From NCBI GenBank assembly GCA_964016885.1, contig OZ024740.1:96348001-96412000 (forward strand): 64,000 bases of DNA, in the 5' to 3' direction. The translations under genes were made by a program, and so were the position numbers. The notes beneath the pieces were generated by a model. The model was not told the origin of the DNA. It was given only the letters and a program-made list of their open reading frames with translations, and ran no database searches. Positions 13,960 through 27,889 of the stretch are shown here, piece after piece; the first letter of the stretch is position 1, and the number at the start of each line of letters is the position of its first letter. Source of the DNA: Eledone cirrhosa (taxonomy: Eukaryota).

Positions 13960-14375
13960 AGTAGAAGGGATATTTAATTTGTTGGAAATTCAACAAATAT
14001 AAATGTTTATAACTGATTCAGGCACTGGACATATTTCTGGAGTAAATATTCAATGATGTTAAATAAATGGAAACTATATTTATAAAACCATATTTATTCT
14101 ATTATATATATTTCAAGGGTACCGACAACATTGTTACGCTTTCATCAGATGAAATACAAAGTGTGTTTTATACATTTTGATATAGCCAAAAAAACATACC
14201 TTATCAGTTGACTACCCAAGTAAAATTCAACTGATAAGGTATGTTTCCTTGGCTTTGTGAAAATACATTTTGTATTTTATCTGTTGAAAGCGTACCAAGT
14301 TTTTGGTACCCTTGAAATATATATAATAGAATAAAAAGGGTTTTATAAATATAGTTTACATGTATTTAATACCAT

Positions 14376-14376
<1 letters not shown>
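13960..14376 (-). mobile_element. PLE-derived fold-back element, family A (copy A2)
   Basis: Arms 14052-14211 and 14227-14376, 15-nt loop, tail 13960-14051. Hammerhead TATTTTAT-CTG(T/A)TGA-AAGCGTACCAA gttt TTGGTACCCTT-GAAA-TATATA-TA-ATAGAATA. (TA)n flanks. Confidence 0.85.
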
Positions 14377-14412
<36 letters not shown>

Positions 14413-14455
14413 AAATATATAATATAAGATCAAAAATGGTTAAAAGAGTTCCAAG

Positions 14456-14526
14456 TATTTTATTATGCGCACTTCAAAAACAAATATCATCATGGGATGA
14501 TATATGCGTTCTCATCAGATAAAATA
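14456..14526 (-). ncRNA. Type-I hammerhead ribozyme (GAAG variant)
   Basis: TATTTTAT-CTGATGA-long stem II (ATCATC ccat GATGAT)-GAAG-TGCGCA-TA-ATAAAATA. Palindromic stem III, short tail into (TA)/(TG)n. Confidence 0.7.
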
Positions 14527-14791
14527 GGGAGACATGATATGAAGCTTAAAAAAGACTTGTGAGCAGTGAAATGTCAAATCAACATATGAAAAATAAATTA
14601 AGATGGATGTATGAAATTGGGAAAAAGTTTGTGGTGGGGGTAGGGGTTGGAAAAGGTAAGGAAGAGGAACAAATAAGAATAAAGGATGGTGGGGAGGAGT
14701 ATATGAAGGAACGTTGAGAGAGGAGGAGAAATGAGATTGGGAAATTGCATTGCTACATTGTGCTACAAAAAAAAATCACCTCCTACATATA

Positions 14792-14823
<32 letters not shown>

Positions 14824-14926
14824 TAGAGCTAGTACACTGGAGGGTAATATTCGTAGTGGTAGAGCACTCAGTCCGTGGTACGAGTTAGGTAGAAGTGGTT
14901 ACACAACAGTTAATTCACCATAGCGT

Positions 14927-14962
14927 AAACAATTGTTTCACTCATTTCAGATCATCAGCTCG
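14927..14962 (-). ncRNA. Degenerate minimal hammerhead
   Basis: CTGATGA-tctgaaatgagt-GAAA-CAATTG-TT with palindromic stem III. A ~100-nt tail runs to the (TA)(GA) tract. Stems I and II are weak. Confidence 0.45.
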
Positions 14963-15274
14963 GCCTAAATGAAGTTGTACGGAAAAGGAAAAGCAACTTA
15001 CGAATTTGCATAATCAGAAGTAGTCACTTCTCCTGGGGGAGGTAAACCCACAAGAGTTCGTTGTGAGGGAGACAACCGTGGATGCTCGGAATAAATTACT
15101 CATGTTATTCAGAATATTATAGATTGTTGATGTTAGTCAATCGAGAGCTTAGATCTCAAACTTATGATTTATCTCAAGTTAATTTCCGGTGAAATAAGAT
15201 GATTTATTTGCACAATGCATTGTCATAAGCGTTTATACATATATTGGAATTTCTAAAATTATATATTCGTTAAA

Positions 15275-15730
15275 ACTAACGTAGGAAAACAAATTTAGCT
15301 CTTTAGATAGACACTTCCCCATAGGTCACAAATACCTCTCCCTTTTTAAAAGACACAGGATGAAACTATGATACACCTGTGCTAAGAACATGAAGACCCA
15401 CATCAACAACACCCCTAAGAGCAGCACATCGATATATGTGCTGTATATAAAGTATATAATTTCGGGAAACTCTGATTACTAGCGACGAAAACTCGCAATT
15501 CTCTCGGATAGTACTAGATTTGTTGTATAAAGTGGGAAGCACAGGCTGATGAGGAGGCCAATCCTATATATATCGATTCTATGACATCAGCGTTCAGGTA
15601 AACCCTTGAAGAGATGTGGATGCTAAAACGGCATACAGCCTGTACACCGGCTTCTTTAAGTTCATATATTTACGGAAGAATGCGGCACGGTATAATGCTC
15701 GGTGAGGTTAAAGACGATTCCCAATCAAGA
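15275..15730 (+). mobile_element. PLE 3' remnant: coding fragment plus degenerate hammerhead (15541-15643)
   Basis: NVGKQ..LDRHFPIGHKYLSLFKRHRMKL*YTCAKNMKTHINN. Downstream ACAGG-CTGATGA..AAAA-CGGCA-TA-CAGCCTGT. Confidence 0.65.
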
Positions 15731-15924
15731 ATGAGGCTTACATAGCTTGACTCGCAAATACATTTTCCTTCTTGCCCAAATTCTATATGCCCAGGATTTC
15801 TCAACAGAGACAGAAACGTGCCTGTAGTAAAGATGAGGCAGTACATTTGGTGTTAAACTAGAATCTGACTTTAGATCAGTAAATAAAATATACTGAGGAC
15901 CATCCGTCGATCTACGCGTGCTAT

Positions 15925-16595
15925 CATTACCCGCCTCCATTTTTATCGGAGCTTTGATATCAATTCGGAGAAATAGCTGCTCTATCTGATCTCTCTCTGA
16001 TCTCCAAACTCCGCATTCTATCGAGTAACGTTACTTTAAATATTATTCGGGTGGAACCCATTTTGGCCAGTTCTATTCACGATCGTATTCTCTTTATGTC
16101 ACTACGCAAAATTCGTTCTCATAGGAAATGACTGGCATGAATACCTAATTGACGATAGTGAGTTTGGCTTTTGCACTTACCTCTTTCTTCTGGTTACCGA
16201 ATGATGCAACTGGCGCATTACTGTCACAACCCCTGCAATACTCGCACTTATTTCAGACTCCTGTTTCCCATTACTCGTGAAAACACCCCGAGATATTTGA
16301 ACTCTTGTACCTGCTTCAGTGGTGCTGCATTCACATGTAGCATTCTCTACGCAGGTTTCCCTGAAAGGACGAGTGTCTAAGTTTTCACAGCAAGGATTAT
16401 AATTCCGGCTATGCAGCACTTGGCATCAAATCTATCAAGTGCAAGTCGGAGATTAGCTTGGGTCCATTTACCTAAATCCATGTCGTCTGCAATTTGAAGC
16501 CGACTAATTTTACACCTGCCATTCGTGATATTACTTCCTATCCAGCTGCGTATGTTAATCCTGTTCATGAAAACAATGAGAGGGAAATATGAATG
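15925..16595 (-). mobile_element. Decayed RTE-clade LINE RT fragment
   Basis: KISRLQIADD, ALDRF, frameshifted FKYLG/VFTSNGKQESEI, and downstream VTLLDRMRSLEIRE-like motifs. Confidence 0.65.
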
Positions 16596-19149
16596 TACGC
16601 ATTTTAGCTGGAATCCGATTTCCACATTGAATCATTTCACAAAATTATTCATAAAAATATTTTGTTTACAACTAAGAAAAATATTAAATATTAAAGCCGA
16701 AATAATTATTTCCTTGAAAACAATTAACTACACCGTAAGAAATATGGTATGTAGGGAAATATGTAGTAGTAAGAAATGACCACATGGCTCAGAACTGATA
16801 CTTGAAAGCATATTATTTGAACAGCAAACTAGGTCCTTGTCTATAAATACTGAAATGAAGACCTAAAGAGATCTTAAGCGGTGTAGTGTTGACATACATG
16901 TATATTATTTAACGGTATCATAGTTGAGTGTCTGTTTTCTTCTAGGGTGAACGTCTGACAGTTTTTTAAAAAGCAATTTCCTTAATTATATAACAAACGA
17001 TATGAAATATTATACTGTAATTTATAGTTGTTTTTCTATTTTAGAATACAAGTAAAATGGTAGTGGAGGAGTGAACAGTCACGCAAAACTTGGTGTTAAC
17101 AGAAAATAAATGAATGTACACATTCTTGTGAAAATATCATCCTGTGTTTACTATCACACATTTTACAAGTTGAAGGATGTTTAAGGTGTAATAATCATCA
17201 GTTAGGAAGACAATCAAAGTGATATTCCTTCTCTAAAAATAGAATAGCGATAGATCAGATTGGATGCCTGAAACAATCCATCTGATTCATTTTGAATGGG
17301 AACAGTAGGATTAAATCAGAGGAAAATTAAGAGAATTAGCTGATAAGGATGAAGTACCTTAAATTAAATTGTTATCTAATTATACCCACATAAGTTATAT
17401 TCGTTTATACAAACACATAGAAATCACTTAATGCCTATAGTCTTTCAACATATGTAATCAGTCAAACAAACATATATGTTTGTCGATGTAAATTATTGTA
17501 TTGTGAAAAGTACCACTCCAGCAACATACATATTACCTCAGTGCAGGTACATAATCTTCATACTTTCAAAACGGTATAAGATGTAATACAGAAAAATGAA
17601 TGCAACATATTTGTTAGGTTATGATCAAATTATAGATACTTGTGCTTAAGTCTGCACATATATCATATAAACATTTGCTTACACAATTCTCTATATATAT
17701 ATTCATCCATAGTGCAGTACATATGCTTGTAGACAAATGGTGTTTGCAGCGCAATATGAAAGGGAAAATACATTGTTATATTACGGTAACCATTAAAAGA
17801 GCGAATGTGGATAGATCAAGGCATGACTGAATCTACTCAAGTAATGAGCATATAAAAAGGACAGTTTCAGTCAGCATACTACCGGTAATGCATAATATTC
17901 CTTATCTAACTACAATAAACATGCCAACATGAATGGCATGTAGTAATTACTACATAAGTAACCTTAAAGAGAAGAGTGTGTAGAGCATGCACATGAACAG
18001 CTACGTCCCTTCAAAAATCCATACAATCACTGGTATTTGGATTTACCTGTATATATATGTGTGTTAGACTATGTGTAATGAAATAAACAGCGTTGTTTTT
18101 GAATTATTCTAAAATGTATGGTACTCCCAGAAATTATAATTCATATCCGTTACTAAACTATTGTCACTATTATTAATAACCGCCATCGGACATAAAATAA
18201 TAACTCTGTGAACTCTGATCGTATGATTTTCTCATATATTTCCTACATACAACTTTATAGAGAAACTATTATACAAACATACTTTCCTATTGATATTTCA
18301 ATATTTAAAAAATAAATGCGCATTTCATGATATCCAGACTTGAACTGTTACACAATATTCTCATGCCATAGTAACATTTAAAAGTGTTTATCGACAAACT
18401 TTGACACGGATTTAGGTATAAAATGTTATCACAAAAAAAAAACAGAGATAAAAACGTATATAACAGAGGGAAAAAAATCAAATTACGTTTTCCCTATAAA
18501 ATGCTCCACTAAAAGCAAATTGAACACATCTTTTGTTGCTTGCAGATTAAAGCAATTATCTTGCATGCTGTGTGTGTAATCACCCAAAGCTGCTTAAAAC
18601 CGTAGATACCATTTAGCCAAAAATGAAAATAACCATGCAGAAAATGTTCATAGAAACCTGTCAGTCAACCATGAAGAAACAAATCTCGCTCCCTCTTTTA
18701 AAATAACTATAAAGCTTAAATTAAGCTCTATAAGATCAACAGGAATATTTTAGTAATTTTGTTGTCAGTTGTAGAATATTTGATTTGGCTGCCAATTTTT
18801 TATATTATTATTCTGTACTTTTCCTCTTTTTTGTTCTGTTTTATTTATTATATTTTTCTTGTTTCGAGTGTTGAAAATTAGCGAATAAGAATGATCATAT
18901 TACAATGAAATATATTTATGGCTGTCGCAGTTACAAATAATGAAATAATAGATTACCTCATGTTCTGCTTCCACATACCTGTTATTGTCCCACCGGTGCG
19001 TCTACCGCTCTCTTCATAATATCACCAAAATCACCACCAGCATCATCGAAGTACACACATTTCCTATTTAAACATTTTCAGAGTGAGAAAGTAAAGCTAA
19101 ATATTGTCGTGCTCTAGCTGGAAACAAGTTGTATGACAATTGTTCTCTA

Positions 19150-19880
19150 ACATAGTTCAATAAAAAGCTATCGTTAAATTAGAACGTTTGTTAATTTGTC
19201 AGGAAGTGCTTCTAATAAGCACATTCATACGGAGTGTCCATGTGCTCTATGGGGACTTCAGTTATGATGTTATGGCCAGCCCAGATCGAGAATAACTATG
19301 AAATTCATATATTCGCGTGGGCTATTTGTTACAATATACAAATCCATATATCCTGATATAGCAGCATATGTTAGGATCATACGTACATGTTCTGATATAG
19401 AAAATATAATTTATATTATGCCTGAAAGAGATGTGAACGTATACTATTCGTCACTGTTCAGACACTGTTATGGGTTTGAGAATGATGATGTGGAGCTCAG
19501 AAAATGTGCATACTGTGATACAATCCGACGTGTCTTTGCTCTTGCATATTTGCATTGAATACTTCTAGCGTTTGAACCTTATGATGTACATTAATTTGAA
19601 TGGTTGTTATGGTAATCGATGACTTTGCATAAATATCACGCCATAAGAATGATTATCATTTGAATGAACCATTGAATATGTTTGAAATAACAACCAAATT
19701 ACATGGAAAGATAATTAGATTCCACCTCCAGTAGCTGTGACATACACAGAAGGATTAATTCTCTTTTTGATAAACTCATATTCATACAGAAAATTAACGT
19801 TTTAGTGGCTGTACCACAGGCAGGTACACCCTTTTGGTACGTAATTCCCAATATTAATCATCTAGATGCAGTATATTACA
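19150..19880 (+). pseudogene. Tentative decayed Cys-loop receptor/AChBP-like sequence
   Basis: ORF 19298-19558 has IYPDIAAY, IYIMPERDV and C-x12-C. Downstream FEW, FEITTKL and LILFLINSYSYRKLTF follow in the expected order. Matched by eye only. Confidence 0.35.
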
Positions 19881-20562
19881 ATTTTAAACACATCACAACC
19901 GCACTATGCCCGAGTAAATGAGGAGAACATTATTTGTGAACATTTTTGTATATAGATGTTACGCGTCGCCGCTGATCTAGTGCTAAAAATGAACAATAAA
20001 CGAATGTCTGTGAGCGACAGAAGTGACACAGCATGCATATATTAATCACACACTATGCATTTTCCCCAAAATATTGCCAGATAAAACTTTATTAGGACTA
20101 CGTTTATTTCAGGAAACATATTTATTCTTCGATTGTTAGAGAAAATCTTTATGGAGGCTAGTGAAAAACAATATGTAGTTTTTAGTTTGATTAACATTAA
20201 ACAATTTCAACTAATGCCCTACCTATGCAATACTTATTAGTATATATTTTCTAATTAATGGCTGGCTATTAAACATCATTTTGTAAAGTGTAAAGATTGC
20301 ATCTGTTTAAAATAATTGGGACCAGTATTATCAGGGTTAGCATTAGAATTTTCAACGGCATCATCATCATCAATCAAGAGCATGTATACAATTCCTTGTA
20401 AATGTTATACAATAGTTTCTGTGGAATGTAATACCAGCTATTTTCCCTCTGGTTATGTGTAAACCAGAGGTATTGAAATGACAATTGCCTGTCTCCTGAG
20501 TTGTTTGCCTCAAATATCTATGTTACAAATGTTGCACATCATAATTATTGTTTGCACAAATC

Positions 20563-20671
20563 ACTTCATGATCTGAGATCAAATTCCTCAGAGGTTAAGT
20601 TTCCCTTTCCTCCTTACGGGTCGATAAAATAATGTACCAGTAACAGCTGTCGTTGTGCCAAAAGTAGAAAC
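20563..20671 (+). mobile_element. 5'-truncated SINE with 20-bp TSD
   Basis: SINE core. Exact TSD AATTATTGTTTGCACAAATC at 20543-20562 and 20672-20691. Confidence 0.85.
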
Positions 20672-22103
20672 AATTATTGTTTGCACAAATCGATTTATGC
20701 ATATTACGATAAATGAGTGAATCATCTTAGAAAGGAAAAATTCCGCTGTAGATTACCTTGCTCTGTAGTAATTCTAATTATTGGGAGGATTATAATGATA
20801 CACGAAACTTAGTATCAATATTTACATTAATATTAGGAGAATAACAAACCGTTATATTGACTTGCATTGTAAACGCAATCTCGATTTTACCATCACAGCA
20901 GTTTATATAAATATTTCATAGAGGTAAAATTATTTATTGATCGTCCATATGAGCAGAGTTACATCATTTTAGCATTTTGATAATATAGAACTTTCGCTCC
21001 AATTTTTTTAAATCGAATCACAATAAATCACAATGGCTAACTTAATCACAACCTTAGGCTCATTAACCAAAACCGGTACCTGTGGTTTCGTTATTTTTAT
21101 GGTATCAAACATGAATTTACACTTATGCGGTTTGTTGTACACATTCACACAACCGCTCGAAATTCTCCGAAACAAACGTGGAATTGATATCGCCGCTAAC
21201 GTTTGATGATTATTTATATCCATAGTAAGTTATTCACCAATGTTTCCGCGAGTGCAAAAAATTCCATTATATTCTGCTTTCTCGTTCCTTATCTGCTACT
21301 CTTAACTGATCTACCGATATTTCCCTTTCATCTCACAAAAATCACCTTAGTAACACGCGAAATTTGATTGAAAAATATTCCCTCGATTTTAAACCTAAAA
21401 GACTATCTTTACCTAGTAACCTTCACAATCAACCAAGCGAGGTTCTCCTTCATATTAGTATGTTAATCCTCGTTGACAAGAGTCAAATGTCTTGTTCGCA
21501 AAATGTGGTATCTATTTACACGTTCCTTTAATATTCAAAGCATTAATATCCCTGAATTGTTTAACCTACTTCCTAACGTTTGCCGATACGAATAACTAAC
21601 CTAAACCTAAACATTTCAGGTAGGCGCACATGCATATTCCTATTGCCAAATTGTGAACTTAGACTCAGTCTATCTTGCAATTTGTTGAATAGTATCGTTG
21701 TAACTATTTGGCACTGTAATTACTGTGCGTAAGGAAGCTGGTGCAGAATCTCTCTCTCAATAAACTAACTTCAAGCAAATTGCTCTCATAATGACCAAAC
21801 ATATTTTTATCTCATATACAGATCTGTTTAGTGTATCTATTTCCTTCATTCAACTTGCGCATTCTTAGTGATTATCAATCTTTCTTATCCTCCTGTTACA
21901 GTGGCTGTGTACTTTCTTTCGCACTGATCGAGCAATTCAACCACTGGCAGACCACCGTTTTAGAATCACTATTACCACCCATTACCCTCTGACTTAAAAC
22001 AAATGGGTATACGATATATATTACCCTAATCTGGAATTTCTCCGAAACTATCGAAGCCGGCGAAGCCACAATGAGTGTATATGCTTATTCGTTCATTCCT
22101 TCC

Positions 22104-22179
<76 letters not shown>
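22104..22179. repeat. (TAG)n microsatellite
   Basis: Direct reading. Confidence 0.95.
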
Positions 22180-24284
22180 TGATGAGGAGGAAGAGGAGGA
22201 GGCGGGGGTGGAAGGGCGGAGAGAGACGTAGTAGCTTAGTGTGTTGAAGACTTTTGAAAATTAGAGAAATCATGTCTAGGAAAGAATAACTATTCTTAAA
22301 GTAAATATTCGAGAAGTGTTATGTATATATAAAATATAAAAGAAATTATGTAAACTTTGAAAATAAGTAAGAAAAACCTCGAAGGAGAAATGCTCCATTT
22401 CAAAGACAAAGGCGTTAAGAGAACACAGCTGGATTTGTGTAAAGAAAGATGATTGAAACCGATGAGATTATAACTTGCATAATATCACAATACTCACAGC
22501 TTAAATTGATCAAAGATCGTAAACACGATAACATAGCTACAATAGTTCGTTGGGATATTGGCAGGTACTGAAAAGAGCAATCGTTATTTTGTAGGAAGAT
22601 AATTGAATGTCCTTGACAACAATGAACTGAGTGCTTTATGTTCTCCTACAATCCGTATGCGATACCTTAAAGCAAACTGGATATATCAGTCGTTCATATG
22701 AGGTGTATATGTTAATTGACGATATCTCCTTATTTGACACTAGAGAAAATATAATGCTGGGATAAATAGAAATCGACAACTTCATATGCCAACCAATTTA
22801 AATTGGATTCGTAATAACATAAGATAATTTGAATGGAAATATTTGAAAGATGGACTTTGATTATGGAGTAGACTTGGTGCAGAACTGTAAATGTTTCGGG
22901 AATTATATGTAGAGCACTCAATAAAAATTGGGAAGAGTTATTAACAATATGATAGGTCCTTAATCGTAGAAGTGATAATTTTGTTTCTTGCAATTCCGGG
23001 AGGAGACGGCACCTAAGCTAATTGGTCGCAATAACGATAATAGTAACCATTAAAAACATCAGTTCCTAATTTTGTGTCAAAGTCAGAGTTTGGAACATTC
23101 GGAATATGAATTATATTTACCCGAGCACGGAATAACGAGAGTCAAAGACATCTACGAAATAACATTTTAATATAATTTAACTTCTCCTAAGAAGGGAATA
23201 AATATAGTGCACTTTAAATAATAACTAGATGTGCTACTCGGCGTTGCCGGTAAATAACACTGAATTAATTGTGCTTGTTTGATGAAAGAGAATCATGGAA
23301 AGTCTGCATGATTGTATTACATCCGAAAAAATGTCGAAATGTAATTCAAATTACTTAAGGCAAAACGCTGGTTTATAGGAATACATACATTGAAATATTC
23401 TCGTGTACAGTTATACGGACCTGTCAAAGATGCACACAGAGATGTGAAACATTACGGCACGTACTCGTCCAGTGGCTGCACATTGTTGACTAACGCAGTT
23501 TTGTCTAACAGCTATTATCGAACGTTTGACAGATCCTGTTCTCAGTCTGGTTCTCCATGACAATCGGCCAACCCACCATCTTTTGATTATAAAGAGCAGG
23601 CACACTCCTTATTACAATTGGCTTTGGCGAAGGAGTGTGTTTGGAGGAGTGTCGTCTAAAACCATGAAAACAGACACTTTTTCTTCTCCAGAAAAGCCAT
23701 CAGCGACATTTTGGAGTTCGACTTTTAAAGAGACGTTAGGGTGTAGATGCAATGTCTGAACCCCCCCCCCCCACACACACACACATACACACACACGCAT
23801 ATATGATAACACGTGGGTGAATGGCTTTTGAAAATGGGCCTATAATATTGGAAGTTTTCAAGGCATAATATTTCTCTTCAGCCAAGTCGCCATTGTAGTT
23901 TGCACTTTTCAAGTTCCACTTGGAAAGAAATGTGAGGATGAAGTGGGAACAGATCACCCTCCTGCAAAATATATATGATTAAAAGGGCCTTAAATGTAAT
24001 GAAAATGACCCGAATGAATGAGTCTGCCTGAAATATGGGGCAGCCCCTGAATTATTCTTGGAAATCGAGGTGGGTGTAGACTGTTCCTATACTATACCTG
24101 ACCCTGCTATCCACTATTAGGAAACTCAATTTGTATTAATTAATTATTAATTGAAACATAAATTTCCTTTGTTATGTGTGTTTATGTAGGGTATGTAAAG
24201 CTATACGCTATATGTTAATTTATATTGCCTTATGTGTTTTGACCAATGAGAAAGGCTTATTATTAACGAATAGAATTGCATTGA

Positions 24285-24690
24285 TTTGGCAGTACTGGCA
24301 GAGTGTCAGACAACATGCTACGGAGCATATTGTTCTGGTACTTTACATTCTGAACTCAAATCCCAACGATGATAGCTTTTATTCATACTTGCAGGGTCGA
24401 TAGACAAAGCACCATTATTGAACTGATGCCGATTTAATCAACTTTGTCCTCCCCAAATAATTGTTGGCCTTTTACCTGAATCAAAAATCATTATTAATGC
24501 ATTGATTTATGACATTTAGCTACGTTCGTTTTTCATTCAGAGTTCAAATAAAACCGATGTCAACATTGCCTTTGAACTGCCAACGTTCGATAAAAGGAAG
24601 AATCAAAGAACATCCGTAGTCAATTCAGTCACCTTCACCACCCATAATTTACTGTTCTTGTGCCCAAAGTAGAAACCATAACTCTTATTC
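24285..24690 (+). mobile_element. Two adjacent decayed SINE copies
   Basis: TTGGCAG..CTGAACTCAAATCCC..GGGTCGATA, and GAGTTCAAAT..TTCGATAAAA..TTGTGCCCAAAGTAGAAACC. Confidence 0.6.
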
Positions 24691-25475
24691 TATTACTGGT
24701 AGTTTGTTTACCGCTTTATCTGCCAAAACTGTCAAAATTTAGAGTAACAGATATAGAAATTCTTTCATCTTTTTAGAAGTATTCTTCAAAATACTTATAT
24801 AATCGGTTCAGATATTCAAACAATCTTTTACAAAAACATGTTTACAGATAGTCTAAATTGAGATGATTTGGCTTCTAGTTGTATATTCACTCAATACTTG
24901 CTGATATTATTTCGGGATTTTATAATGAAATCGTTGCACAAGAATAATATGTGTGACTACATCTAACCCTTATTTAAGCAACAGATAAAACTAACGAATG
25001 GTCTGACAATATAGAAAACAAACGTAAAAAGAATGTCTCAAGTAAGATCAACCGGTCGTAAAATGTTGCTATTCAAACATTTTTCCATCTTTTCATATAT
25101 TTCTCTAATCACCAAATATAAATGACTAAACCTATTTCTTTTTCACCTATTTCTTTTTCAAGATTCCCAGGGAAGGCATTATATGGTGTGACGTGCGTAT
25201 ACTGTACACTATAAAGTATTGTCTATCTCTTTCTCTGACATAACGAAAAACAAAACTGCTGTGAGAAGGAATTTAAAGTTGTAGAACAAATATGAATTAA
25301 CTTTAAATATCATGCTACATACTTACACCGCTATGTCCAGAGACATGATACAAAATATATCACTTGACAAAAGCATTCAATCCTGTTTTGGTTTTGTAGG
25401 ATACAAATAGTGTGCATAAATAACTGATTAGAAATAATTCTACGTTGATATGAAAGCTATATTATTTGATATGAA

Positions 25476-25661
25476 GGCGGTGGATTGGCAGTATCGGTAG
25501 AGGGTCGGACGCCATGCTTTGACGTATAGAGTTACGGCCCTTGCCATTCTGAGTTCAAATCCCGCCGAGGTTAACTTTGCCTTTCATCCTTACGGGGTCG
25601 ATAAAATAAAGTACCAGTCATGCACTGGGTAATTGCTGGCCTTGTGCCTAACGTAGAAACA
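25476..25661 (+). mobile_element. Full-length tRNA-derived SINE (octopus OK/OR-like) with 15-bp TSD
   Basis: GGCGG start, A-box TGGCAGTATCGG, B-box GAGTTCAAATCCC. TSD ATTATTTGATATGAA at 25461-25475 and 25662-25676. Confidence 0.9.
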
Positions 25662-26939
25662 ATTATTTGATATGAATATTTTGATTCATGCAAGTACAGA
25701 AGATTGTTCAAAACATCTGCAGTCAAATCTGACCTTCAGAGCAAGTGCAAGCTTCGACAAATTTGGAGGCGTAGTGATGATAATCTTCATTACAATATTG
25801 TATAACGTATAATAATGTTCTGACATATATTAGATAATATATAAGAGGCATACATTTAGCCAGGACGTTAATACTTTGACAAACAATCAATGAAATATGC
25901 CAATTCTGAATCCATTGAGTATTATTCGCAGTGTGGTTGAGTCGATATTACTTATACTAATGTTCCGTCAGGTAGGGCAATATGCAGGTACCATTCGGTT
26001 TCTTTAGATAACGTTTTAAATCATTGACGTCACGCTCTTCCCAATGAGGAGGGCATAACAAAATTAAGACAAACTTCAAAAATAAATATTATATTTTGTA
26101 AAACATAATCTCATAGATCAAGGTGATTTTGACATATAATTAGGGCATTTTTGCCCAATATCAGAGAGACGTAACTGATATGCTGTAGAAAAGATTTCTA
26201 ACATTTAAATCGTTAAATTCTAACTGAACCAATAGATAAAAAAGCAGCTCTCAGACACAGCTGAAAAGACTAACATAAAACTTAATACCATATAGACGGC
26301 AAAAGCTGAATATATTACATTTCAGAGATTAAAAATATGTTTACAGTTGCGTCAATGTGAAAGGCCACCACTCTGTAAAAATGCACTTCTTTATGTGATG
26401 AGGATAAAGCCAGCGGGAATGTGTATGGGATGCAAAGGGCGAGGTCATCGTACTTTTTCGCCACGTCATATGATAAACTGGTATACAGAGAATAGAAAGA
26501 CGTAATCCACTGTACATCCATAGCAATTGCACTTTTCCTCAAACAAATTGGCCATATCGTCTATAGTAAACCATTAAAATAGCACTTTAATTTGTACTTG
26601 CAGGATCACTCTGGTACCAATAACATCATATAATTTGAATAAGCTGCAGGAAATAAGATTATGTGGGGCTGTATGGCGTTGCTATTAATTAGCCAGATTA
26701 TTCACGAACATATATTTACGACACTTGACTGTTGAGTCACCTGATTATCAGAAAGTATTTGATAGTCTACTACTCATTAAATGATCAAAGCTTTACAAAA
26801 GTACAATAAACACTAAAAGCAGCCACCCCACGCTTAATCGTAATTGTTACACTACTTTGCTTCTAAAACGCCACAGAATGCTAATCGAACTAGTTACAGT
26901 TAGATCTGAACTAGATGGAGAGTATATCATGCATCACCT

Positions 26940-27006
26940 TATTTTATCTGATGAGGACGTACTGTTGAACTTAACTCAGTTCCTCTGAAATATGTATAAT
27001 AAAATA
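26940..27006 (+). ncRNA. Type-I hammerhead ribozyme (solo PLE end)
   Basis: Perfect stem I TATTTTAT/ATAAAATA, CTGATGA, stem II ACTG..CAGT, GAAA-TATGTA-TA. A ~140-nt tail follows, then long (TA)n. Confidence 0.75.
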
Positions 27007-27149
27007 TACTTGATCACAAGAATACCTATTTTGTTAATATTTTGAACTAATATTAATAACTCTGGAAAACCTTTTCGCTGTTAAGTACTTCCAATCTATT
27101 GAAACACTCATTCTTTGATCTATTCATTGAACCTTGTTTTACTTTTAAA

Positions 27150-27425
<276 letters not shown>

Positions 27426-27491
27426 TGAGAAACAGGATTGGCTAATTGGAGTTCAATGAAAATCAATAATGGTATTCCTGAGAACATCTTT

Positions 27492-27542
<51 letters not shown>

Positions 27543-27546
<4 letters not shown>

Positions 27547-27795
27547 ATATTTCGTTTCTGAATTTCTTTAGCAAGATTCTTTATCTGAAATCTGGTGTTG
27601 AAACCGATATTGTTATGCTTTGGGTGGGTCATGTTGTTGCCAATAAGAAACACACGCACCAGTTGCTTTCACTTCAATGTATTATAATCAATTTATAAAT
27701 TCCTAAATTTATAAATTTATTATAATAAATTGAAGTGAAACAATGGTGCGTGTGTTTCTTATTGGCAACATGACCCTCCCAAAGTATAACAATAT
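27543..27795 (-). mobile_element. Fold-back element, family C
   Basis: Imperfect palindrome 27607-27795 plus one-sided tail 27543-27606, with (TA)n on both sides. Relatives at 653-748 and 51543-51810. Confidence 0.8.
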
Positions 27796-27889
27796 ATATA
27801 AATATATATATTGATAAGTAGAGGTATAGATAATATGTATGAAGGCGTGGTTAGAGGATTGTATATGCAACGCTGAGTTCGATACTGCC

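Noticed and set aside
22085-22273. Poly-Leu membrane-like ORF (also 59903-60196)
   Set aside because: Arises from (TAG)n and (TTA)n repeats.
25476-25570. tRNA gene
   Set aside because: A and B boxes are present, but there is no cloverleaf. It continues into a SINE body with a TSD.
26340-26570. Possible exon after TTTACAG with Cys-containing frames
   Set aside because: No recognisable domain and no partner exons.
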